Shown: piece by piece, positions 1 to 6,696 of the stretch
Position numbering within the stretch: position 1 is the first letter of the stretch
How the letters are laid out: each line of letters starts with the position of its first letter
DNA from: a virus
IMG/VR virus record: IMGVR_UViG_3300025261_000001
Length of the DNA: 62,313 nucleotides
Strand: one strand, 5' to 3'
The notes under the pieces: model-generated
What the model was told of the DNA's origin: nothing
Database searches by the model: none
The model's input: only the letters and a program-made list of their open reading frames with translations
Program-made: the position numbers and the translations under genes

Positions 1-127
1 CCGGTAAACTGATCGGCGTGATAACGATGGACCCGCCGTGCGTGATATCGATCATAACATCAACCGCATCACCTTGCCAACCCAGGGTTTGAATCAGGTT
101 GCTATTGCCAGCGTTGTCTAGCTGCGC
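1..127. repeat. Terminal direct repeat, copy A (identical to 62187..62313)
   Basis: First 127 nt (ccggtaaactgatcggcg...gttgtctagctgcgc) recur base-for-base as the last 127 nt of the window. This is typical of an assembler overlap on a circular or circularly permuted genome. Confidence 0.95.
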
Positions 128-181
128 TACCTGTGCCCCAGAGTTTAGGTCGAGAATTTGCATCTGGACCCGGAGTTTCAT
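1..181 (-). CDS. Hypothetical protein, 5' portion of a 78-aa gene split by the linearisation point
   Basis: ATG at 181..179 overlaps the upstream stop (TGATG). The frame runs off the window start and, via the 127-nt overlap, continues from 62186 to TAA 62133..62131 (MKLRVQMQILDLNSG...FPEGEDGA). Confidence 0.5.
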   Translation of the reverse strand, partial: MKLRVQMQILDLNSGAQVAQLDNAGNSNLIQTLGWQGDAVDVMIDITHGGSIVITPISLP

Positions 182-360
182 CACGCACCGCCAAGAGTCA
201 TTTCTTTAATAACTAACTCGCGGTTCTGGTGAATGTAGTCTTCGTGGTTGTCGCCCTTCTCGGTGAGGGTAGCGAGCAGGGAAGTCCCATTGCGGGTTTC
301 CTCCCATACTTCCACGTAGACATTAGGTTCGACCAGTTCAATACGGACTTTGGTGGTCAT
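181..360 (-). CDS. Hypothetical protein (59 aa, below ORF-track cut-off)
   Basis: ATG 360..358 overlaps the stop of the 80-aa gene (TGATG), and the stop TGA 183..181 overlaps the next ATG. Peptide MTTKVRIELVEPNVYVEVWEETRNG...IKEMTLGGA. Confidence 0.5.
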   Translation of the reverse strand: MTTKVRIELVEPNVYVEVWEETRNGTSLLATLTEKGDNHEDYIHQNRELVIKEMTLGGA

Positions 361-602
361 CAGCCTTTGCGCCTGTTCGTTGTTTTCTTCACGACTCGCA
401 GGTTGCTACGAGCGTTGCTCAGCTTACTTCCACCAGTGGACCCGCTCTTGTGATCCACTTCCTTGCCGTCCACCTTGGCTTTACCTTCCCGACCTAATGC
501 CCGCACAGCCTTATTGCGCTGATTACGGTTATCGATCTGGGACTGCTTGCCATGGTACTCGGCGTATTCTTTCGCGTAGTTACGCGGCTCTTTGCGTGGC
601 AT
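360..602 (-). CDS. Small basic protein with a DHK (HNH-like) motif
   Basis: 80 aa, Lys/Arg-rich, motif GKEVDHKSGSTGG. Start ATG overlaps the upstream stop (TAATG). Confidence 0.6.
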   Translation of the reverse strand: MPRKEPRNYAKEYAEYHGKQSQIDNRNQRNKAVRALGREGKAKVDGKEVDHKSGSTGGSKLSNARSNLRVVKKTTNRRKG

Positions 603-760
603 TAGCCGATCATCACCGGGATATAGATAAAGTCCCCAACGTTAATAACGCTAGAGTCCGTGATCTGGGGATTGGCGAACATCAACGCTTCAACAGTCAA
701 GCCGAAACGTACAGCAATGTCCGCGTAGGTGTCCAACGGTTTAGCGCGATAAATCGGCAT
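602..760 (-). CDS. LysM-domain micro-protein (52 aa, below ORF-track cut-off)
   Basis: MPIYRAKPLDTYADIAVRFGLTVEALMFANPQITDSSVINVGDFIYIPVMIG fits the LysM pattern Y.V..GDT...IA..y.....L...N......l..Gq.l.IP. Stop overlaps the next start (TAATG). Confidence 0.6.
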   Translation of the reverse strand: MPIYRAKPLDTYADIAVRFGLTVEALMFANPQITDSSVINVGDFIYIPVMIG

Positions 761-1038
761 CGTGATAGCCCCGTGTTAGAATTAATTGCCGGTAGCCCAT
801 CCATACGGATCGTTACCCGGCTACAGGTAGACTCGGTTCAAAGCTCCGAACTGGCGGTGTCCGTACTAATAGACTACCGGCAATTAATTCAGTGGAACAC
901 TAAGCATCGTTGCCCGGTGTGTGGAGGGGAGCCACAGTATGCGGTCTGATACTTAGTGCTCCACTGAATTAACTACGCTGCATGGCGGTTTCACGCGGGG
1001 GAGGGGACATTACTCCCGCCATGCAGTGCAGAAACTTA
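761..1038 (-). other. Structured non-coding spacer with three consecutive long hairpins (candidate ncRNA or leader)
   Basis: Three stems: 978-988/1016-1026 (11 bp), 884-904/952-972 (21 bp, with an A/C mismatch on the + strand that is G.U on the - strand), and 779-795/874-890 (17 bp perfect). The last two share 884-890. Only tiny ORFs are present. Confidence 0.5.
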
Positions 1039-1584
1039 TTACTTCAAGTGCTGCTTGATTTCCCAGAGCTTGGCCTTGAGCCAGCCCTTAGCAGCAGCGG
1101 TGGCGTTACCCAGCATGGTTTCAATCTGGGTTTCGATTTCGGTCGCCACATTATGTGCTGCGGCCTTCGACTGCAAGTGCTTCTGTACTTCGTTCTCTGC
1201 GGCTACCGGGTCTTTCAGATACGGCTTACCGGGAGGGTGGTCAAGCTCCTGCTCGTCCTGCAACTCCGCTCCATCCAGCGCCGCTTTCAGTTCCGCGTCC
1301 TGCGCCTTCTGCTCTGCGTTCTCGCCGTCGAGGATGGCCGCACGCTCTGCGAGCGCTGCATTGGTGGCCTTCTGTTCGTCGGTCAAGCCGTCTTCCTGCG
1401 GCGGCTTCTGGTCTTCGGTCTGGCTTCCCGCCGCAACGTCTGCGCTTTCAGAACCAGTCGTGGACCCTTCCTGATTCGTGGGCGGGGTCTGGTCAGACGT
1501 TGCGGCGGTACTCTGGTCGGCAGGCTGTCCAGTCGGAAGCTGTTGGCCTGTCTGTTGTTCGTTGGTATTAGTTTCGTCGGTCAT
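1039..1584 (-). CDS. Acidic hypothetical protein with a disordered Q/T/E/D-rich N-terminus and a coiled-coil C-terminus
   Basis: 181 aa. SD AAGGTG lies 4-5 nt upstream of ATG 1584. The long + strand ORF 982..1710 is its Leu/Arg-rich antisense shadow. Confidence 0.7.
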   Translation of the reverse strand: MTDETNTNEQQTGQQLPTGQPADQSTAATSDQTPPTNQEGSTTGSESADVAAGSQTEDQKPPQEDGLTDEQKATNAALAERAAILDGENAEQKAQDAELKAALDGAELQDEQELDHPPGKPYLKDPVAAENEVQKHLQSKAAAHNVATEIETQIETMLGNATAAAKGWLKAKLWEIKQHLK

Positions 1585-1678
1585 CGGGTCACCTTAATGG
1601 GTCGCGGCCTGCCGCGCAAGAGGTTGTATAAAACTCTACAACGCCCGGGGGCCGAACGCAAGCCCCCTCTAATAAAGG

Positions 1679-1704
1679 AGCCGGGTGAACTTAATCACCC
1701 GGCT
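1679..1704 (-). terminator. Candidate rho-independent terminator after the 137-aa gene
   Basis: 10-bp perfect stem agccgggtga/tcacccggct with a 6-nt loop. On the - strand it is followed by CCTTTATTAG. Confidence 0.45.
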
Positions 1705-1751
1705 ACCTAGACCTACTTCCTGTAGCTACCGCTTCCGAAACTTATTGGCGA

Positions 1752-2165
1752 TTACTCGTCGCCAAGCAGGTCTTCGCCGTCTTCCGCAAGGTTCTGCTCG
1801 TCTTCCTGCGTCACGGGTTCCTGCTCGTCGGCGGCACGCTCGCCGTTGTGCCACACGCGGAGGGTCGGGGTACCATCGCCGCCTTCCTCGCCGTCCGGGA
1901 AGTAGCGCGTCACGACATGAATACCGAGCTTCTTGCCGAGCGAGCTAAAGTAGCTCTGCTTCTGGCTGGCCTTACGCTTGGCGTCTTCTGCCTGCGTCAG
2001 CACCACGCCTTCCTTGGTCTGCGCGCCTTCCGTGCCGGTGACCGGGATCGCGAAGGACTGGCCCTGCGACATCTTGTCGAGCGGGTACTGCGAACCACGC
2101 GGGGCGAATTCGATTTCACGCTTGGGGATCGAGACGCCATCTTCGATAACGATATTGAACGACAT
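1752..2165 (-). CDS. Hypothetical protein with a strongly acidic C-terminal tail
   Basis: 137 aa. SD TAAGGAG lies 8 nt upstream of the ATG. C-terminus ...ADEQEPVTQEDEQNLAEDGEDLLGDE. Confidence 0.7.
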   Translation of the reverse strand: MSFNIVIEDGVSIPKREIEFAPRGSQYPLDKMSQGQSFAIPVTGTEGAQTKEGVVLTQAEDAKRKASQKQSYFSSLGKKLGIHVVTRYFPDGEEGGDGTPTLRVWHNGERAADEQEPVTQEDEQNLAEDGEDLLGDE

Positions 2166-2263
2166 GACTGTAACTCCTTAGAGGTTTGGTTGGTTGTGCG
2201 GCCCTGCACTGCGACCGTGGACATAGTAGAACAGACGCGATTTCAACTTGTCAACTACTTTCT

Positions 2264-2557
2264 TCAACTTTCTTTGTCGGGGTCAATCAAGTCTGCTGCC
2301 ATCGCTTCCAGACGGTCGGCCAACTTAATCACTTCGGCCTCACGCAACTGCCGTCCCTTGTCTCCCTGACTCATAAACCGATACCACCCAGCGGTGTAGC
2401 GTACCGATATCTCTTTGCCATGGGCGCGCTGCCATGCGGTTTCAAGGCGGCGGCACACGGCGTCAATGTGTTCTGCTTGCGCATACTGGCGATCCATCTG
2501 CCTACCCTTGGCCTTGTCTGTCCGTACGTTCCGGCGAACCTCATAGCGCGTCGTCAT
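2264..2557 (-). CDS. Hypothetical protein (paralogue of 3381..3614)
   Basis: 97 aa. The ATGA overlap with the upstream gene indicates coupling. Shares the pattern W/Y....G....V/I.Y...W...........R..E.....L with the 77-aa gene. Confidence 0.65.
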   Translation of the reverse strand: MTTRYEVRRNVRTDKAKGRQMDRQYAQAEHIDAVCRRLETAWQRAHGKEISVRYTAGWYRFMSQGDKGRQLREAEVIKLADRLEAMAADLIDPDKES

Positions 2558-3006
2558 AGGTTGAACGTCCCCACCGGGTAGCGGGCCTGTCCCGAGCCGC
2601 CCAGACGCTTACACACGCCCACCCAGCCGTTATCGTGGTTGTGTCCATGGCCGTGCTGCGGACGGAGCATGCAGACCAAGTGCGCCAGTTCGTGCGGCAC
2701 TACGTCTTCAAGTACGGCATTCAGGTTTTGTTCCACGGCGGCTTTACTGATCCGCACCAGCAACAGCACCTTGGCATTAGGTCGGCGGATCACGCCCGCC
2801 GCACCGGCTGCGCCGCAATGCTTGAGCTTCAACATGGACTCTTGGTTATGGAACGCCAGAACAAAATCGTGAGGCTCGTGAATCTGGTACGTGTTCTTAG
2901 CCTCAGTCCACAGAGCCTTAGCCCGCTTGATGACTTTATCAATGTCATCGGTACGGTTGTCGGCGTTGTAGTATTTAAAGGGTGACCCCTGCAACCCGTC
3001 AGGCAT
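2554..3006 (-). CDS. SprT-like zinc metallopeptidase
   Basis: 150 aa. HExxH in VVPHELAHLVC, followed by HGHGHNHDNGWVGVCKRLGG, matches the SprT-like layout. Confidence 0.65.
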   Translation of the reverse strand: MPDGLQGSPFKYYNADNRTDDIDKVIKRAKALWTEAKNTYQIHEPHDFVLAFHNQESMLKLKHCGAAGAAGVIRRPNAKVLLLVRISKAAVEQNLNAVLEDVVPHELAHLVCMLRPQHGHGHNHDNGWVGVCKRLGGSGQARYPVGTFNL

Positions 3007-3196
3007 GACGCTTAAACTCCGCTACTGGTTCGTGTGAGAAGTGGACAATCACGTTGTCCGTTCCGTCTTCCAACTTTGTCTTGCACCAGCACTCCCGACT
3101 TAATTCGTGGCCCTTGCCGAACAAAGGTATGACGTGGAAGTCTGTACCTTTGTCGAACACACCCCACTGACCGGCTGAGACTTTATGCGGCTTCAC
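2999..3196 (-). CDS. Hypothetical protein
   Basis: 65 aa. GTG start with AGGAGG 6 nt upstream, and a GTGA overlap with the upstream stop. Confidence 0.6.
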   Translation of the reverse strand: MKPHKVSAGQWGVFDKGTDFHVIPLFGKGHELSRECWCKTKLEDGTDNVIVHFSHEPVAEFKRHA

Positions 3197-3378
3197 CAGT
3201 TACCTCCTATCGTCTCAGCTTCCCCGAACGTACACGGCCCGCACAGCCCTGTGGCTGGATGGACTGGCGATTGCCCGCATACTTCACACTCGTAATCCCA
3301 TCGCGGTTCATTGCTATTAGGGTCGAGCGGTGGCCGTGGGTCTACGTGACCTTGCCCGTCTACGCGCTTATTATTCAT
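3193..3378 (-). CDS. Small Cys-rich (zinc-ribbon-like) protein
   Basis: 61 aa containing CEVCGQ...17 aa...CGPC. Confidence 0.55.
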   Translation of the reverse strand: MNNKRVDGQGHVDPRPPLDPNSNEPRWDYECEVCGQSPVHPATGLCGPCTFGEAETIGGNW

Positions 3379-3380
3379 GG

Positions 3381-3614
3381 CTAGCCCAGCCTGTATTCAA
3401 GTTGGCGAGTCATTTCCATCAGGCGTTGCCGCGTGATGCGGTTCGACAAACCTTCGATCTTGATCCAAGGGTTATCGTAGCTAATCGCCGGATGGCACCC
3501 GTAGACTTTATAGTACGCGTCCGTGTACCGTTCCACCAGTCCTTTCAGACTGCGATCCATCTTGTGCTTGCTCTGTTCCTTGGGCATCAGCACGTTAGAC
3601 TGAATGGTGACCAT
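3381..3614 (-). CDS. Hypothetical protein (paralogue of 2264..2557)
   Basis: 77 aa, ...YYKVYGCHPAISYDNPWIKIEGLSNRITRQRLMEMTRQLEYRLG. Confidence 0.6.
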   Translation of the reverse strand: MVTIQSNVLMPKEQSKHKMDRSLKGLVERYTDAYYKVYGCHPAISYDNPWIKIEGLSNRITRQRLMEMTRQLEYRLG

Positions 3615-3617
3615 GGG

Positions 3618-3794
3618 CTACACCCCTACGTCATACGTGCCGGTTTCGATAGCCACATAAAGTTCATCAGACGGAGCGTCCTTTGGAACTTTACTGTTCA
3701 GAGTAGCTACCAGAGCGTTAGCTTCCGTTACATGCGCTGAGTCGTACTTAGCCACTTGAACGCCGGTAATCAGATTAATTACTTTGATGGTCAT
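3618..3794 (-). CDS. Hypothetical protein (58 aa, below ORF-track cut-off)
   Basis: ATG 3794..3792 overlaps the upstream stop (ATGA). Peptide MTIKVINLITGVQVAKYDSAHVTEANALVATLNSKVPKDAPSDELYVAIETGTYDVGV fills an otherwise empty 177-nt gap. Confidence 0.5.
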   Translation of the reverse strand: MTIKVINLITGVQVAKYDSAHVTEANALVATLNSKVPKDAPSDELYVAIETGTYDVGV

Positions 3795-4165
3795 ATGTGT
3801 ACGCCTCCTTCCATAAATGGGACTGCGACTCTAACGGTTGAGGAAGACTGCATCTTACGACATTCTTCCGGGTCAGCATACAACATTCCCCACCTGCCGT
3901 CATCATACTGGTTGGCGTACAGGTAGCCCGTGGCATGTGCTGGCGGGGGTCCGAAGCACGGGATATTAAGTTCTTCCTTGGTGGTATGGTTAACGCCTTC
4001 ACCTTTCCCGTTGACCCATCCAAGCTCACCACTCTTGTCACCTTCACCCATCAGAATAACGTCCATGTCTTTCGCGGTGACGTTACTCACCTGAACTACT
4101 TTCCACCAATGTCCTTTGGCGTCTCGTACGGTCAATCTTTCGTGGGGTGTGACATTGTACGTCAT
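3791..4165 (-). CDS. Hypothetical protein
   Basis: Start placed at the internal ATG 4165 (MTYNVTPHERL...) with GGAG 8 nt upstream. The track start at 4240 would overlap the upstream gene by 70 nt. Confidence 0.6.
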   Translation of the reverse strand: MTYNVTPHERLTVRDAKGHWWKVVQVSNVTAKDMDVILMGEGDKSGELGWVNGKGEGVNHTTKEELNIPCFGPPPAHATGYLYANQYDDGRWGMLYADPEECRKMQSSSTVRVAVPFMEGGVHI

Positions 4166-4170
4166 GTGCG

Positions 4171-5091
4171 TCACTCCAAGTTGTCGTAGATATCTCGGGG
4201 TAGATCGTCGGAGTTGCCGTAGATACTGCCAGCATCCCACGGTCTATTAAATACGTAGTCCTTGTGGTACATGTCCCGGATGGCCCAGCCATCGCCGCTC
4301 TGTGAGCCGGGGCCGTACTCCCAGATAAGGTACTCATGCAAATACTTCTGGTTGAACTGGCAGACCATGTGACCGAGTGAGTATACCTCACGGCAGTCTG
4401 TTTCGGGGTTATCGTAAACACCTACTTCGGCGGTGCGTTCCTGCTCGGGCAAGCTCTGCTGATGCCGTCCTGTCTGCTGCGCATGCTTCTGCACAGCTTC
4501 CTTCATATACTGCACCAGTGTACTGAGCGGCGTATGTCCGGCAAACTCACAGTAAAGCGTGTCGCCGTTATGCTGGCTCAAGCTACACCGCATTTCGATC
4601 ATGTCATCATAGGCACGACGACCGAACGTTACTTTGATGAACTTAAACTCTTGCTTGAGCCCGTCTATAAAGTTCTTATACGCCTCGCCAGTTAGCAGGC
4701 ACATCGCCGTATCGACAAAGCTCCAATCGCCTAACCGCACGATGGTACGTGAGTCTTCGCCACGGTTGCGGGCGGTACGCTTAAAGTCATCACGCGCCAT
4801 CATACGCTGTTCCAACTGAGAGTAATCAAAGCCGTACATGCCCCGGTATCTGTCTACCTTTGACATAGCCTCAAACATTTCCCTAAGCTTCTCCCAATTA
4901 GTAGGCGGGATAGTCTTAGCCTCGTCAATCATTTCTATGTCAAACGTCTGACGAGTCTTAGGTACATTAAACTTCGGTTCAATCTCCACCTGCGATTCGA
5001 TGAACCGCTTGTCGCCGCGTATCTGCGCTTCCTTGGACTTAAACTGTGTGAGTTGCTTCGCGGCAACTTTATTGCCGTACTTACGCGACAT
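4171..5091 (-). CDS. Hypothetical protein (306 aa)
   Basis: Start placed at ATG 5091 (MSRKYGNK...). The track start at 5166 lies inside the upstream gene. Confidence 0.65.
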   Translation of the reverse strand: MSRKYGNKVAAKQLTQFKSKEAQIRGDKRFIESQVEIEPKFNVPKTRQTFDIEMIDEAKTIPPTNWEKLREMFEAMSKVDRYRGMYGFDYSQLEQRMMARDDFKRTARNRGEDSRTIVRLGDWSFVDTAMCLLTGEAYKNFIDGLKQEFKFIKVTFGRRAYDDMIEMRCSLSQHNGDTLYCEFAGHTPLSTLVQYMKEAVQKHAQQTGRHQQSLPEQERTAEVGVYDNPETDCREVYSLGHMVCQFNQKYLHEYLIWEYGPGSQSGDGWAIRDMYHKDYVFNRPWDAGSIYGNSDDLPRDIYDNLE

Positions 5092-5509
5092 GGTGAATAC
5101 CTGTCGGCTGGGTGTTGCTGTTAGCGAACTGGATAAGCTTAAAGAAGCTCGGGGGAGTGCTACCAACTTGGCGCTCGTACCCCTGCCTCAGTAGGAAACC
5201 TGCGAAGCGGTCATTAATGACCGACTCGAAAAAGATAGCACGCGACCATTCAGACATCGCCACGGCACGCTCAATCTGGGGCAGCAGCACTTTGAACTTA
5301 CCGCGCCCGGGATCGTCGTTGGAAATATTAGCTATGTCGAGCGTGCGCGTAGGCGTGCTGTCTTCGTACGTAGCCGAACGCAGATAACGATGGTGTGCCA
5401 AGCGCACGTAGATATCGAACGGTCCTACTTCAACCCACTTACGTTGAGCGTAGCCCATAGCGAGCGGGTGAGCTTGGATAAATTCGTATAGGTCTTGGAA
5501 ACCTTTCAT
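5081..5509 (-). CDS. Hypothetical protein, possible GNAT-like acetyltransferase
   Basis: Start at ATG 5509 is preceded by GGGAGGGA 7 nt upstream. The segment DDPGRGKFKVLLPQIE...FFESVINDRFAGFLLRQGYE loosely resembles the GNAT acetyl-CoA motif. Confidence 0.3.
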   Translation of the reverse strand: MKGFQDLYEFIQAHPLAMGYAQRKWVEVGPFDIYVRLAHHRYLRSATYEDSTPTRTLDIANISNDDPGRGKFKVLLPQIERAVAMSEWSRAIFFESVINDRFAGFLLRQGYERQVGSTPPSFFKLIQFANSNTQPTGIHHVA

Positions 5510-5673
5510 GGGGTAATCCCTCCCGGCCAAGTGACCCAGATCGTCACGCATGGTATTAAGTTCAAACACAGCCGCTTGTTATGCGGTGCCCAATGCCCAC
5601 CGATCCAGAGACTACCCTTCCGAAACAGTACGCCGTACTTAAATCCCTTCCGGGTAGTCCCTAAGATCATGGC

Positions 5674-6108
5674 TTAAGCCTCCATCGTGGCGACGCTGGC
5701 CTTGTTGGATTCGTGCTGGTCAATAAACTTCTGGAAGTAGTCGATACGCTCGGACAGCAAGCGGTCGCCGGTCTTGAAGTTCGGACGCAGACCGTACACT
5801 TCCGGGTCAATCTGGCTATCGTCCAACTGCTTGTAACACCACGTCATGGCATCGCGGACGTACTGCGCCGTCACCAGACCTAGCTTGGCAGACGGCATAT
5901 GCGCCAGCTTATCGGTCAGGCTGTAGCACATGCTGATGGTGCTGAGCATTTCGTGCAGGTTGTCGTTGAGCACATGGAACTGAGCGTGCAAGTCGCTGCC
6001 GATCTTGGCGCGCATCTTATCGCACGCCTGCTTTTCAAGGCGCTGCTTTTCCTGCCGCTTTTCCAGTTCTTCGCGCAGCGATTCTGCGAGGGTTTCACCG
6101 AAAGACAT
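5674..6108 (-). CDS. Hypothetical protein
   Basis: 144 aa, with AAGGAG 6 nt upstream of the ATG. Confidence 0.7.
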   Translation of the reverse strand: MSFGETLAESLREELEKRQEKQRLEKQACDKMRAKIGSDLHAQFHVLNDNLHEMLSTISMCYSLTDKLAHMPSAKLGLVTAQYVRDAMTWCYKQLDDSQIDPEVYGLRPNFKTGDRLLSERIDYFQKFIDQHESNKASVATMEA

Positions 6109-6137
6109 TGGTATCTCCTTATCTGTTGAGGTTGATA

Positions 6138-6602
6138 TTACTTCGTGAAACCGGACAACTTCGCAGCGACACCTAGCGGCATCGCAAGGTATACACGGAA
6201 CCGTTGGTCTGATGCTCCGGTAAAGGCTTCCAGTTCCGGTAGATTGAACGCGAACCCAGCCGCCTCAAACAACCCATTATCCACCACGACCACAATGTCA
6301 TGGCTCTGGAAGCGCTGAAATGCTTCGGTCTTGCTGACTTCGACGGCCCCAAAGTTGTCTTTGAGGTATTGGGCTTTACCCTTTCGGCTTCCCGTTTCAA
6401 TGTAGTACCCCATGATTAACTCCCATGTACCCATCACCATATTAGCTCGCCGGATAATGCTTTCCTCCATGGCGAACCCCGCATCATTCAACTGCACTTG
6501 CTTGTAACCGGTGGCTCGGTCGGCCTGTCGGCGCAGTACCATTAAGTCTTTGGCGTACTTAAATGCGCCTTCGGCCAGTACATTATTGACTGTCTTGTCC
6601 AT
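6138..6602 (-). CDS. Hypothetical protein
   Basis: 154 aa, with GGGAGGG upstream of the ATG. Confidence 0.7.
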   Translation of the reverse strand: MDKTVNNVLAEGAFKYAKDLMVLRRQADRATGYKQVQLNDAGFAMEESIIRRANMVMGTWELIMGYYIETGSRKGKAQYLKDNFGAVEVSKTEAFQRFQSHDIVVVVDNGLFEAAGFAFNLPELEAFTGASDQRFRVYLAMPLGVAAKLSGFTK

Positions 6603-6696
6603 ACACCCTCCCGGCTAGACATAGTAGCACGTTCAACTTTGGGCGCGCAAGCCTCGCTGCGCGCCTCTGAGCCATACCTTATAGGAGGGTGGCGCG

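Noticed and set aside
761-1038. The hairpin spacer as a CsrB/RsmZ-like sponge for the phage CsrA.
   Set aside because: There are only five GGA triplets on the - strand in 278 nt, about the random expectation. Most are in stems rather than loops.
350-1710. Long + strand ORFs 350..949 (199 aa) and 982..1710 (242 aa).
   Set aside because: Both run antisense to better-supported - strand genes that have SD sequences and stop-start coupling. Their products are Leu/Arg/Cys-rich with no motifs, typical of shadow ORFs. 350..949 also runs through the hairpin spacer.
2223-2254. Perfect - strand TTGACA (2254..2249) with TACTAT (2228..2223) upstream of the 137-aa gene.
   Set aside because: The spacer is 20 nt, too long for a sigma70 promoter, so it is not called as a feature.
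6642-6665. 8-bp GC hairpin (ggcgcgca/tgcgcgcc) after the amidoligase gene as a terminator. A similar nested hairpin lies near 5610..5665.
   Set aside because: Neither is followed by a U-tract on the transcribed strand. They may be RNA stabilisers or processing sites, but a terminator call is not supported.
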